NCBI GenBank assembly: GCA_964414365.1
Contig: CAYPWK010000005.1
Coordinates: 1-38,072, forward strand
DNA: 38,072 nucleotides
Source of the DNA: an uncultured Burkholderia sp.
GTDB taxonomy: Bacteria; Pseudomonadota; Gammaproteobacteria; Burkholderiales; Burkholderiaceae
Direction: 5' to 3'
How positions within the stretch are numbered: position 1 is the first letter of the stretch; every line of letters starts with the position of its first letter. The notes under the pieces are model-generated. The model was given only the letters and a program-made list of their open reading frames with translations, was not told the DNA's origin and did not search any database. Shown here in pieces: positions 10,651-21,839 of the stretch. The position numbers were made by a program, and so were the translations under genes.

Positions 10651-11706
10651 TCACTCCTCTTCTTCTTCCACGCGCGGGCTCGCGACGCTACGCCAAAGCA
10701 GCACCGGGATGATCAGCGTGAAGACGATGACTTCCTTGTAGGCGCTCGCCCAGAATGACGAGTACGATTCGAGCAGCCCGACGAGCAACGATCCGGCCGC
10801 GGCGAGCGGATAACTGACGAGGCCGCCGATGATCGCGCCGACGAAGCCTTTCAAGCCGATCAGAAAGCCGGAGTCGTAGTAGACCGTGGTGAGTGGCGCG
10901 ACGAGCACGCCCGAAAGCGCGCCGAGCCCCGCCGCAAGCGTAAATGCGAGCCGCCCGGCCTGCGCCGTGCCGATGCCGACAAGACGTGCGCCGAGGCGGT
11001 TGATCGACGTCGCTCGCAATGCCTTGCCCGAAATCGACCGCTCGAAATAGACGTAGAGCGCGATCATCAACACGAGCGCGGTCACGACGACCCATAGGCT
11101 CTGCCCGGCCACCGAGAGGCTGCCCACGCTCAACGACGCGTCGGAAAACGGCGTCGTGCGGGAGCCCTCGGCGCCGAACATGAGGAGCCCGAGCCCGACC
11201 ATCACGAAATGAACGGCCACGGCCACGATCAGCAGCAAGAGCGTCGTCGCTTCGGCTATCGGCTCGTAAGCGAGCCGATAGATGAAGGGGCCCATCGGCA
11301 CGACGATCGCGAGCGTGAGCGCGATCTGCGCGCTCATCGGCAACGCGAGCGGCGCGAGGCGAGTGCTTAACGCATAGACCGCGAGAGGAAACAGCAGATC
11401 GCGGCCGGCGATCAGCGCGAGCGTGCGCGGCCAATGCCGCCGCCGTTCGGGCCGCCGCGCCATGGCGATTGTCTCGGCGACGAAAGCGGCCCCACCGAGC
11501 GCCATCAAAAGGACCGCGGTGGGCGGGGCCTTGTTCGCTTGCAGCATCGCAAGCGTCAGCGCGCCGTAGGAGACGAACTCGCCTTGCGGGATGAAGATGA
11601 CGCGCGTGACAGAAAAGACGAGCACGAGCGCCAGCGCAAGCAACGCGTAGACCGCGCCCGTCGTGATGCCGTCTTGCGCGAGAATGGCCGCGATCGATAG
11701 ATCCAT
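10651..11706 (-). CDS. LivH-type ABC permease
   Basis: DGITTGAVYALLALALVLVF; GLKGFVGAIIGG. Confidence 0.92.
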   Translation of the reverse strand: MDLSIAAILAQDGITTGAVYALLALALVLVFSVTRVIFIPQGEFVSYGALTLAMLQANKAPPTAVLLMALGGAAFVAETIAMARRPERRRHWPRTLALIAGRDLLFPLAVYALSTRLAPLALPMSAQIALTLAIVVPMGPFIYRLAYEPIAEATTLLLLIVAVAVHFVMVGLGLLMFGAEGSRTTPFSDASLSVGSLSVAGQSLWVVVTALVLMIALYVYFERSISGKALRATSINRLGARLVGIGTAQAGRLAFTLAAGLGALSGVLVAPLTTVYYDSGFLIGLKGFVGAIIGGLVSYPLAAAGSLLVGLLESYSSFWASAYKEVIVFTLIIPVLLWRSVASPRVEEEEE

Positions 11707-11710
11707 GCTC

Positions 11711-12868
11711 TCACTCGCCGATCAGCTTCCACTTGCCGTCGACGATTTGCACAAAGACGCGTGCGCGCTTGTCGAGGCCGTTGTGATCGGTAGCCGAGAT
11801 CGTCATGATGCCGTGCGAGACCGGCAGGTCCTTGAGATCCTCGAGCGCCCCGCGCAATGCGGCGCGAAATGCCTCGCTACCCGGCTGCGCCGACTTCAGC
11901 GCGACGGGGATTGCCTTTTGCAGCATCTGGCCCGCGTCCCAGGCATGGCCGCCGAACGTGACGACCGAGCCCTTGCCGTATTTCGCCTCATACGCCGTTT
12001 TGTATGCAAGAGCGGACTGCTTGACCGGGTTCGAGGCCGGCAATTGATCGGCGACGAGGATCGGGCCGGTAGGCAGGATTTCGCCGTCGCAATCCTTTCC
12101 GCAGACGCGCAGAAAGTCGTTGTTGGCGACGCCGTGCGTCTGATAGACCTTGCCCTTGTAGCCTCGCTCCTTGAGCTCCTTCGCCGGCAGCGCCGCAGGC
12201 GTGCCCGACGCCGCGATCAGCACCGCGTCGGGGTGCGCCGCGACGAGCTTGAGCACCTGGCCCGTCGTCGACGTGTCGGTGCGGTTGTACTTCTCCTCGG
12301 CCACGACCGTAAGCCCATGCGTGCTCGCCGCGCGCTTGAACTCGCCGAGCCAGCTCTGCCCGTAGCCATCCGCGAAGCCGATGAAGCCGACCGTCTTCAC
12401 GCCCGCCTTCTGCATGTGCTCGGCGATGGCATCGGCCATGAGGCTATCGTTTTGCGGTGTCTTGAAGACCCACTTGCGCTTGTCGTCCATCGGCTCGACG
12501 ATCTTGGCCGATGCGGCGAGCGAAATCATCGGCGTCTTGCTTTGTGCGACCACATCGATCATCGCGAGCGAGTTCGGCGTGACTGTCGAGCCCACAATTG
12601 CATCGACATGGTCTTCGTCGATGAGCTTGTGCGCGTCTTGCACTGCCTTGGTGGTATCGGAGGCGTCATCGAGCACGATGTACTGCACGCTCTTGCCGCC
12701 GATCTCCTTCGGCAGCAGATCGATCGTGTTCTTTTCGGGGATGCCGAGCGAAGCCGCAGGCCCGGTCGTAGAAAGCACCACGCCGACCTTTACTTGCGCG
12801 AAGGCCGCGCCCGCTCCGCACATCAAAGCTATGGCGAAGCCGCCACGTACCCACTGTCTTATCGTCAT
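11711..12868 (-). CDS. ABC substrate-binding protein, Liv/PBP1 family (resembles the aromatic-acid-binding CouP/RPA1789 group)
   Basis: Signal peptide ending AFA-Q; TGPAASLGIPEKN, YQTHGVAN and FGGHAWDA motifs. Confidence 0.88.
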   Translation of the reverse strand: MTIRQWVRGGFAIALMCGAGAAFAQVKVGVVLSTTGPAASLGIPEKNTIDLLPKEIGGKSVQYIVLDDASDTTKAVQDAHKLIDEDHVDAIVGSTVTPNSLAMIDVVAQSKTPMISLAASAKIVEPMDDKRKWVFKTPQNDSLMADAIAEHMQKAGVKTVGFIGFADGYGQSWLGEFKRAASTHGLTVVAEEKYNRTDTSTTGQVLKLVAAHPDAVLIAASGTPAALPAKELKERGYKGKVYQTHGVANNDFLRVCGKDCDGEILPTGPILVADQLPASNPVKQSALAYKTAYEAKYGKGSVVTFGGHAWDAGQMLQKAIPVALKSAQPGSEAFRAALRGALEDLKDLPVSHGIMTISATDHNGLDKRARVFVQIVDGKWKLIGE

Positions 12869-12986
12869 TCTTCAATCTCCAGATGCTTCAACACGAAAGC
12901 GTTTCGTCGTTGCCGGCCGGCACGCCGCTGAATTCGTTGTTTCGGATTCCGAACAAAAAAGGAATCGTATCGCGCGATGAGCATGC

Positions 12987-13003
12987 ACCGACAATGGTCG
13001 GAT
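12987..13003. promoter_or_regulatory. Palindromic operator candidate upstream of the SBP gene
   Basis: ACCGAC-AATG-GTCGGAT inverted repeat about 120 nt upstream of the start codon. Confidence 0.45.
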
Positions 13004-13201
13004 AAAAATCGGGGGCACTCGTGAAAGGGGTGACCGCGCGAGAGACGAATCCACCGGGCGAGCCGCAATACTGAACGAAAGGAGAGGCGAAACGATCGAA
13101 AGAGCCGATGAGATCGGACGCCGTACAAGCGGCGGGAGCGCCCTTGAAAAGGGCGGACGCGAGGCGCGAATATCCGAATGCACGAATCGAAGGCACAAAT
13201 G

Positions 13202-13237
13202 AAAAGCGCTGTTGGATTCCGTCCAACAGCGCTTTTT
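13202..13237. terminator. Strong hairpin, probable bidirectional intrinsic terminator
   Basis: AAAAGCGCTGTTGGA-TTCCG-TCCAACAGCGCTTTT: perfect 15-bp stem with a T-run on each strand. Confidence 0.75.
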
Positions 13238-13458
13238 CGTGGGCACTTTGTGCCTCAAATGTCTCCTCGTTCTCCACCTGCAAATTCGGTGCATCAGAAC
13301 TGGAACGAAGATTAAACGCCCCAGCCAGATGCCACAACCTAGCACTTTCCCTAGTGGTGCAAGCCCGCACGGAATTAGCGCATTTCAAGGCGAGACGTGC
13401 GCAAATAGAGCGCTTTTCGCCGACACTATGCTAAGGCCTCGTCGACGGCATAACCGCC

Positions 13459-14430
13459 CTACGCTCGCAATGTCCGAACGCGTGCGACGACTTCGCCGAC
13501 GATGCCGCGCCGGAATGCAAGCACACAGGCAATGAAGATGAAGCCGATCACGATCGTCGTCGATTCGCCGAGCGTGCCGAACCACGTGATGCCCGTGGCC
13601 GATGCGATGAACGAGCCAATATCGCCGAGCCTGTCTTCGAGCGTCACGATGAGCGTGGCACCGAGTAAAGGTCCGAACAGCGTGCCCATGCCTCCGACGA
13701 GTGTCATTAGGATGACGAGCCCCGACATCGTCCAATGCGCGTCGCTGAGCGTTTCAAACCCGAGCACGAGCACTTTCATCGAACCTGCCAGACCGGCGAG
13801 GCCGGCCGAGAGCACGAAGGCGAGCAGCTTGAAGCGATCCGTGTCGTAGCCGAGCGAGATCGCGCGCGGCTCGTTTTCGCGGATCGCCGTCATGAGCTCG
13901 CCGAACGGCGAATGCACGACGCGCACGATGAGGAGAAACGCAAGCGTGATCACCACGAGCACGAAGTAATAAAGGGCGATGTCGGACGAGAGATCGACCA
14001 GGCCGAAGAGCGTCCCGCGCGGCACGCCTTGCAGGCCGTCCTCGCCGTGCGTGAAAGGCGCCTGCAGATAGATGAAGTAGACCATCTGCGCGAACGCGAG
14101 CGTCACCATCGCGAAGTAGATGCCCTGCCGCCTGATCGCAAAGAGACCGACGACGAGACCGAGCAGCGTCGCGCTCGCGATGCCGGCGAGGATTCCGAGG
14201 ATCGGCGAAAGACCGATCGACTGCATCGTGTAGCCGGTGACGTAGCCCGCCGTCGCGAGAAACATCGCATGACCGAACGAGAGCAGTCCCGTATAACCGA
14301 TGAGCAGGTTGAAGGCCGCCGCGAAGAGCGCGAAACAAAGCACCTTCATGACGAAAATCGGGTAGACGCCTGCCCACGGCGCGACGACAAGGCCCAAAAG
14401 CAAAAGGCCGTATAGCGCTTTTCTCTGCAT
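13459..14430 (-). CDS. LivM-type ABC permease
   Basis: MQRKALYG...FNLLIGYTGLLSFGHA...GIYFAMVTLAFAQ. The real start lies inside the 637-aa track ORF and overlaps the livH stop. Confidence 0.92.
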   Translation of the reverse strand: MQRKALYGLLLLGLVVAPWAGVYPIFVMKVLCFALFAAAFNLLIGYTGLLSFGHAMFLATAGYVTGYTMQSIGLSPILGILAGIASATLLGLVVGLFAIRRQGIYFAMVTLAFAQMVYFIYLQAPFTHGEDGLQGVPRGTLFGLVDLSSDIALYYFVLVVITLAFLLIVRVVHSPFGELMTAIRENEPRAISLGYDTDRFKLLAFVLSAGLAGLAGSMKVLVLGFETLSDAHWTMSGLVILMTLVGGMGTLFGPLLGATLIVTLEDRLGDIGSFIASATGITWFGTLGESTTIVIGFIFIACVLAFRRGIVGEVVARVRTLRA

Positions 14431-15314
14431 CACCGTTCCTTGCCGAAAAGACCCGCGGGCCGAACGAGCAGCACGATCGCCATGATGACGAACACGACCG
14501 TGGCGGACGCCTGCGGATAAAAAACGCGCGTGAAGCCTTCGATTACGCCGAGCATCAAGCCCGTCACGATCGAGCCCATGATCGAGCCCATCCCGCCGAT
14601 CACGACGACGGCGAAGACCGTGATGATCATCGACTGGCCCATCAGCGGCGAAACCTGAATCACGGGTGCGGCAAGCACGCCCGCGAATGCGGCGAGCGCC
14701 ACCCCGAAGCCGTAGGTGAGCGTGATCATCACGGGCACGTTGACGCCGAACGCTTCGACGAGCTTCGGATTTTCCGTGCCAGCACGAAGATACGAACCGA
14801 TTCGTGTCTTCTCGATCACGAACCAGGTCGCGAAGCAGACGACGAGCGAAGCCACGACCACCCAGGCGCGATAGTTCGGCAAATACATAAAGCCGAGATT
14901 CGTTGCGCCCGCAAGCAATTCCGGCACATCGTAGGGCTGGCCAGAGGATCCATAGACCGAGCGGAAGATGCCTTCGATCACGAGCGTCAGGCCGAACGTC
15001 AGCAAGAGCCCGTAAAGATGATCGAGCCGATAGAGCCAGCGCAGCATCGAGCGTTCGATCACGATGCCGAATGCGCCGATGACGAGCGGAGCGAGCACGA
15101 GCATCGCCCAGTACGGCAGGCCCAGATAGTTGAAGCCGATCCAGGCGAGCATCGCCCCGAGCATGAACAATGCGCCATGGGCGAAGTTGATCACGTTGAG
15201 CATGCCGAAGATGACAGCCAGCCCCAGACTCAGGATCGCGTAGAACGATCCGTTGACGAGCCCGAGCAGAAGCTGGCTCAGCAAGGCCTGCAAGGGGATG
15301 CCGAAGATGTCCAT
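14430..15314 (-). CDS. LivH-type ABC permease
   Basis: GLVNGSFYAILSLGLAVIFGMLNVINFAHG; FAVVVIGGMGS. Confidence 0.93.
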   Translation of the reverse strand: MDIFGIPLQALLSQLLLGLVNGSFYAILSLGLAVIFGMLNVINFAHGALFMLGAMLAWIGFNYLGLPYWAMLVLAPLVIGAFGIVIERSMLRWLYRLDHLYGLLLTFGLTLVIEGIFRSVYGSSGQPYDVPELLAGATNLGFMYLPNYRAWVVVASLVVCFATWFVIEKTRIGSYLRAGTENPKLVEAFGVNVPVMITLTYGFGVALAAFAGVLAAPVIQVSPLMGQSMIITVFAVVVIGGMGSIMGSIVTGLMLGVIEGFTRVFYPQASATVVFVIMAIVLLVRPAGLFGKER

Positions 15315-15372
15315 TGAACCTGCCGTCAAAGTGAGATCGATGCAGACGCTCGCGCCGCCGCAGTTCCCGCAA

Positions 15373-16596
15373 TCATTTCCAGAGATCGCACTGCGTCTCC
15401 GCCTTGGTGCCGAATGCTTGGTCGCCCGAAATCGTCGACTTCAGCGTGTAGTAGTCCCACGGTTTCTTCGACTCGGACGGCGTCTTCACCTGGTAAAGGT
15501 ACATGTCGTGGATCATCACGCCGTCGGGACGAACCTCGCCTTTCGCGAAGAAATCGTCGACCTTCTGCTTCCGGACTTGCTCGATCACCTTATCAGGGTC
15601 CGTCGAGCCGGCTGCCTTCACAGCATTCAGGTAATGCATCGTGGCAGAGTAATCGGCAGCCTGCAGGCTCGACGGCATCTTGCCGCCAGCCTTCTTGGCG
15701 TACTTTTCAGCCCACGCGCGCGTCTTCTCGTTCGTATCCCAGTACCAGCTATCGGTGAGCAAGAGGCCCTGCGCGGTCGGCAAGCCAACGCTGTGTACGT
15801 CGTCGATGAACATCAGCAGCGCGGCGATCTTCATCGTCTTCGTGATGCCGAATTCCTTCGCGGCCTTCAGCGAGTTGACGGTATCGTTGCCCGCATTGGC
15901 GAGACCGAGCACCTGCGCCTTCGACGACTGGGCCTGCAGCAGGAACGACGAGAAGTCCGACGCCGATAGCGGATGGAAGGCATGACCGAGCACTTTGCCG
16001 CCGTTCTTCTCGACGACTTCGGTCGTATTCTTGTCGAGCGACTTGCCGAACGCATAATCGGCGGTCAGGAAGTACCAGTTCTTCAACCCCTCTTTCACGA
16101 TCGCGGCACCGGTTCCCCTCGCCAGCGCAGTGGTGTCATACGCATAGTGAACCGTGTAAGGCGTGCACTGCTTGTTGGTAAGCGCATCGGTGCCGGCGCC
16201 AATGGCGAAGAACGGACGCTTCTTTTCTTTGACGACGTCGTTCATCGACAGCGCCGTCGCCGAATTCGTTCCCCCGATCAGCATGTCGAGGCCTTGAGTG
16301 TCGATCCACTTGCGCGCCGTCGTCGCGGCGATGTCGGCCTTGTTCTGGTGATCGGCGGTCAAAAGCTTGATTGGCTTGCCATTCACCTTGCCGCCGAAAT
16401 CGTCGATGGCCATTTGAATAGCCGTCGCACCGCCTTTGCCATCAATGTCGGCATAAAGACCCGACATATCGGTAATGAAACCGATCGTGACTGCGTTCTC
16501 GTCGGCCGCGGCATGTTGCACGGGCAAGGCCGCGGCGCATGCCGCGCTTGTCATCGCGAGAGTTCGTACCACGCGTGCGAGGAACTTCGTCTTCAT
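15373..16596 (-). CDS. Liv-family ABC substrate-binding protein
   Basis: AAGGAG ribosome-binding site before MKTKFLAR; signal peptide; DMSGLYADIDG, ADHQNKAD, TADYAFG. Confidence 0.92.
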   Translation of the reverse strand: MKTKFLARVVRTLAMTSAACAAALPVQHAAADENAVTIGFITDMSGLYADIDGKGGATAIQMAIDDFGGKVNGKPIKLLTADHQNKADIAATTARKWIDTQGLDMLIGGTNSATALSMNDVVKEKKRPFFAIGAGTDALTNKQCTPYTVHYAYDTTALARGTGAAIVKEGLKNWYFLTADYAFGKSLDKNTTEVVEKNGGKVLGHAFHPLSASDFSSFLLQAQSSKAQVLGLANAGNDTVNSLKAAKEFGITKTMKIAALLMFIDDVHSVGLPTAQGLLLTDSWYWDTNEKTRAWAEKYAKKAGGKMPSSLQAADYSATMHYLNAVKAAGSTDPDKVIEQVRKQKVDDFFAKGEVRPDGVMIHDMYLYQVKTPSESKKPWDYYTLKSTISGDQAFGTKAETQCDLWK

Positions 16597-16749
16597 TCGT
16601 ATCTCCTTCTCTGCGTTATTGGTTCTGGCGTGCAACGTAAGACGTAAGATATGCGATGTGGCAACCGCCGTAAGACGACGCACGGCAAGAAGTGCGAGCA
16701 GCAAGTGCAAACTAAGCGCGCCCCCTCTCCCTGCGCTTTCCGATGCCGC

Positions 16750-17517
16750 TCAAACGCCGAGCAGATCGTGCAGCACCGGCATCTTGCTTTCGAGCTCGCT
16801 CGCGACGAAGCGCTCGACGATGCGGCCGTGCTCCATTACATAGAAGCGGTCTGCAAGCGGCGCGGCAAAGCGAAAGTTCTGCTCGACCATCACGATGGTG
16901 TAGCCGCGCGCCTTCAGCGTCAGGATCATGCGGGCGAGCGTCTGGACGATCACGGGCGCGAGACCCTCGGAAATCTCGTCGAGCAAGAGCAGATTCGCGC
17001 CCGTGCGCAGTATCCGCGCGACGGCAAGCATCTGCTGCTCGCCGCCGGAAAGGCGCGTGCCCTGACTCGCGCGGCGCTCCTTGAGATTCGGGAACATCTC
17101 GTAGATCTCGTCGATCGACATGGCATCCTTCGCGCTGCCCACCATCGGCGGAAGAATCAGGTTCTCCTCGCACGAGAGGCTCGAAAAAATGCCGCGCTCC
17201 TCGGGACAAAAGCCGACGCCGCAGTGCGCGATCTTATGCGTGGGCAGCCCGATCGTCTCGCGCTCGCCGATCTTCACCGAGCCCGTGCGGCGGCCCGTGA
17301 GCCCCATGATCGCGCGCAGTGTCGTCGTGCGCCCCGCTCCGTTTCGCCCGAGCAACGTCACGACCTCGCCGCGATTCACGGTCAGATCGACGCCGTGCAG
17401 AATGTGGGATTCGCCGTACCAGGCCTGCAACCCTGTGATCGTCAGCGCCGGAGTGCCTTGCTGAATTTCCTCGATCACGCCGCCCGCCTCGATGTTTTCG
17501 CGTTGCATGTCGTTCAT
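16750..17517 (-). CDS. LivF-type ABC ATPase
   Basis: GRNGAGRTT, LSGGEQQM, LDEISEGL. Confidence 0.92.
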   Translation of the reverse strand: MNDMQRENIEAGGVIEEIQQGTPALTITGLQAWYGESHILHGVDLTVNRGEVVTLLGRNGAGRTTTLRAIMGLTGRRTGSVKIGERETIGLPTHKIAHCGVGFCPEERGIFSSLSCEENLILPPMVGSAKDAMSIDEIYEMFPNLKERRASQGTRLSGGEQQMLAVARILRTGANLLLLDEISEGLAPVIVQTLARMILTLKARGYTIVMVEQNFRFAAPLADRFYVMEHGRIVERFVASELESKMPVLHDLLGV

Positions 17518-18293
17518 CCGTGCGCCCCCGTCAATGCGGCGTCCGCGCTGCCCATATAGGCCTGCATCACGAGCGGGTTCTTCGATACCTCCGCATAGCT
17601 GCCTTCGGCAAGTACCTCGCCGCGCTGCAACACCGTGATCGTATCGGAGATGCCCGCGATGACGTTCATGTTGTGCTCGACCATCAAGATCGTTCGGCCG
17701 GCGGAGACTTTCTTGATCAGCGCTGTTACACGATCGACATCTTCGTGGCCCATTCCCTGCGTCGGCTCATCGAGCAACATGAGCTCGGGCTCCATCGCAA
17801 GCGTCGTCGCGATCTCGAGCGCACGCTTGCGACCGTACGAGAGCTCGACCGTCAGCGCGTCCGCAAAATCCGTCAGACCGACCTGTCCGAGCAGTTCCCT
17901 CGCGCGCTCGTCGAGTTGGCGCAGCACGCGGTCGCTGCGCCAAAAGTGATAAGCGGTGCCGAGCGTGCGCTGCAACCCGACGCGCACGTTTTGCAAGACG
18001 GTCAGATGCGGAAAGACGGCGGAGATCTGGAACGAGCGGATGATGCCGCGCCGCGCGATTTGCGCGGGCCGCTCACGCGTGATGTCGATATGGTTAAAAA
18101 CGATTTGCCCGGCCGTCGGCTCGAGGAACTTCGTAAGTAGATTGAAACAGGTCGTCTTGCCGGCGCCGTTGGGACCGATCAATGCGTGGATCGAACCGCG
18201 GCGCACGCGCAGATTCACCCCGTTGACGGCCGTGAACCCCTTGAACTCTTTGGTGAGGCCGCGCGTTTCGAGAATCGTATCGCCCAGGTTCAT
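17514..18293 (-). CDS. LivG-type ABC ATPase
   Basis: GPNGAGKTT, LSYGRKR, LDEPTQG. Start at MNLGDTIL after a G-rich RBS. Confidence 0.92.
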   Translation of the reverse strand: MNLGDTILETRGLTKEFKGFTAVNGVNLRVRRGSIHALIGPNGAGKTTCFNLLTKFLEPTAGQIVFNHIDITRERPAQIARRGIIRSFQISAVFPHLTVLQNVRVGLQRTLGTAYHFWRSDRVLRQLDERARELLGQVGLTDFADALTVELSYGRKRALEIATTLAMEPELMLLDEPTQGMGHEDVDRVTALIKKVSAGRTILMVEHNMNVIAGISDTITVLQRGEVLAEGSYAEVSKNPLVMQAYMGSADAALTGAHG

Positions 18294-18502
18294 GTCCCCT
18301 TCCATGCGAAGTGACGAAGCATGCCGTTCTTGGAGCGCGCCGCGTCGGCGTCGCCATTCGTGACGGGGCCTAGATGTCGTGCCAAGCCCCGCTTCTTCGG
18401 CATGGTGCACCATTGCGGGGAGGTCGGCCCCGCACCATGCGGCACCGCGCATTGTCGCGCCGTTGATGCAGCGCAATCATTGGGATTTGCACTTAGGTCT
18501 GA

Positions 18503-20212
18503 TTACGTAATCGGCGTGGAAATGGCGCCCTGCGCGGACACAACGGGAATGCCCCTCGTTCGTGCACGGCGGTCCGCGCGAATCATCTCGCTTGCGCGCT
18601 CAGCGATCATCAGTGTGGGCGAGTTTGTATTGCCCGACGTAATCGTCGGCATCACCGAAGCGTCGACAACGCGCAAGCCCTCCACACCGATCACGGAAAG
18701 ACGTGCGTCGACCACGGCGCCCGGGTCGTCGATCGCTCCCATTCGGCATGTGCCGACCGGATGAAAGATCGTGGTGCCGATCGCGCCGGCCGCTTTCACG
18801 AGCTCATCTTCGGTTTGAAACTCGATGCCGGGCAGAATCTCCTGTGGCGCGTAGCGCGCGAGCGCGGGCGATGCCACGATGCGACGTGTGAGACGCAAGG
18901 CATTGGCCGCCACGTGCCGGTCATAATCAGTCGAGAGGTAGTTCGGCGCGATGAGCGGCGGGGCATGCGGATCGGACGATTCGATATGAATGCTGCCGCG
19001 CGAAGTCGGCCTCAAAGGGCACGCCGATGCCGTGAATGCGTTGAAGCGATGCAGCGGCTCGCCGAAACGATCGAGCGTGAGCGGCTGCACGTGGTATTCG
19101 ATGTCGGGACGTGTGATCGATTTGTCGTCGGTCGAGGACTTCGCAAATGCGCCCAGTTGCGATGGCGACATCGACATCGGACCGCTCCGCGAAAGCGCAT
19201 ATTGCGCGGCGATCCAAAGTTTGCCCCACCAGTGCGCCGAAAGCGTGTTGAGCGTGCGCACGCCCTCGACACGATATGCCATGCGCAATTGCAGATGATC
19301 CTGCAGATTCTCGCCGACGCCGCGCAGGTCCTGGACAACCTCGATGCCGAGGCGTTGCAGCCGTTCGCCGTTGCCGATGCCTGAGAGTTCCAGCAACTGC
19401 GGCGAATTGACGGCACCGGCCGCGACGATCACCTCGCAGCGTGCACGCGCGATGAACCTGCGAGCATCGTTGTTGCCTCGCCGATACTCGATCCCCGTGC
19501 AGCGTTTGTCTTCGATGGCGAGCCGGTGCACATGGGCGTCCGTGACTATCGTCAGATTCGGACGTGAGAGCGCGGGCCGCAAGAACGCTTTCGATGCGTT
19601 CCAGCGCACGCCGCGTTTCTGATTGACTTCGAAGTAGCCGACGCCTTCATTGTTGCCGCGATTGAAGTCGTCAGTCGCCGGAATGCCCGCCTGCTGCGCC
19701 GCTTCGTGGAACGCCTCGAGTATCTTCCATTTAAGGCGCTGTTTTTCGACGCGCCACGGACCGCCGGCCCCGTGCCATTGGTTGGCGCCGCCATGATGAT
19801 CTTCGCTGCGCTTGAAAACAGGCAGGACAGCGTCCCACGACCATGACGGATCGCCCGTGACGCGCGCCCACTCGTCGTAGTCCTCGCGCTGCCCGCGCAT
19901 ATAGATCATGCCGTTGATCGACGAACTGCCGCCGAGCACGCGTCCGCGAGGATACGACAGCGCGCGCCCGTTAAGGCCCGACTCATTGCACGTCCGGTAA
20001 AGCCAGTCCGTGCGCGGATTGCCGATGCAATAGAGATAGCCGACGGGCACATGGATCCACGGATAGTTGTCCTTGCCCCCCGCCTCGAGCAGCAGCACGG
20101 TCACGTCGCGATCCTCGGAGAGCCGGTTGGCCAGCACACAGCCGGCCGTGCCTGCGCCGACGATCACGTAGTCGAATTCGCCTTCGAGGATCGTTTCCTC
20201 ATGCCTGTTCAT
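18503..20212 (-). CDS. GMC-family FAD oxidoreductase (choline dehydrogenase-like; context suggests 3-hydroxypropionate dehydrogenase HpdH)
   Basis: GAGTAG, LGGSSSINGM, GENLQDH, HPVGTC, SGNTN motifs; downstream of mmsA. Confidence 0.88.
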   Translation of the reverse strand: MNRHEETILEGEFDYVIVGAGTAGCVLANRLSEDRDVTVLLLEAGGKDNYPWIHVPVGYLYCIGNPRTDWLYRTCNESGLNGRALSYPRGRVLGGSSSINGMIYMRGQREDYDEWARVTGDPSWSWDAVLPVFKRSEDHHGGANQWHGAGGPWRVEKQRLKWKILEAFHEAAQQAGIPATDDFNRGNNEGVGYFEVNQKRGVRWNASKAFLRPALSRPNLTIVTDAHVHRLAIEDKRCTGIEYRRGNNDARRFIARARCEVIVAAGAVNSPQLLELSGIGNGERLQRLGIEVVQDLRGVGENLQDHLQLRMAYRVEGVRTLNTLSAHWWGKLWIAAQYALSRSGPMSMSPSQLGAFAKSSTDDKSITRPDIEYHVQPLTLDRFGEPLHRFNAFTASACPLRPTSRGSIHIESSDPHAPPLIAPNYLSTDYDRHVAANALRLTRRIVASPALARYAPQEILPGIEFQTEDELVKAAGAIGTTIFHPVGTCRMGAIDDPGAVVDARLSVIGVEGLRVVDASVMPTITSGNTNSPTLMIAERASEMIRADRRARTRGIPVVSAQGAISTPIT

Positions 20213-20222
20213 CTTGGATCCA

Positions 20223-20302
20223 GCCTCGGTTTGAAACCCCGGCTTTTAGGCCATTGAGCCGGGGCCCCGGCCTGAAAGGCCCGGGGTTTCGGCGATTCTT
20301 TG
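20223..20302 (+). repeat. ~80-bp palindromic intergenic repeat, copy 2
   Basis: GAAACCCCGG...CCGGGGTTTC outer inverted repeat; matches 8657-8734. Confidence 0.85.
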
Positions 20303-20318
20303 CTCAAAAGGCCCCCGC

Positions 20319-21839
<1,521 letters not shown>

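Noticed and set aside
11663-12931. Long antisense ORFs (e.g. 11663-12931, 31719-33116, 3173-4135)
   Set aside because: Typical shadow ORFs of high-GC genes: they fully overlap well-supported genes and show no recognisable motifs.
13459-15372. 637-aa ORF in the track
   Set aside because: The N-terminal half is an Arg-rich off-frame read over livH; the real gene starts at 14430.
18370-18413. Possible sigma54 promoter (TGGCAC on the minus strand) with an NtrC-like ATGGTGCACCAT palindrome upstream of livG
   Set aside because: The -12 position reads CTAG instead of TTGC and the NtrC-like boxes are only half matches.
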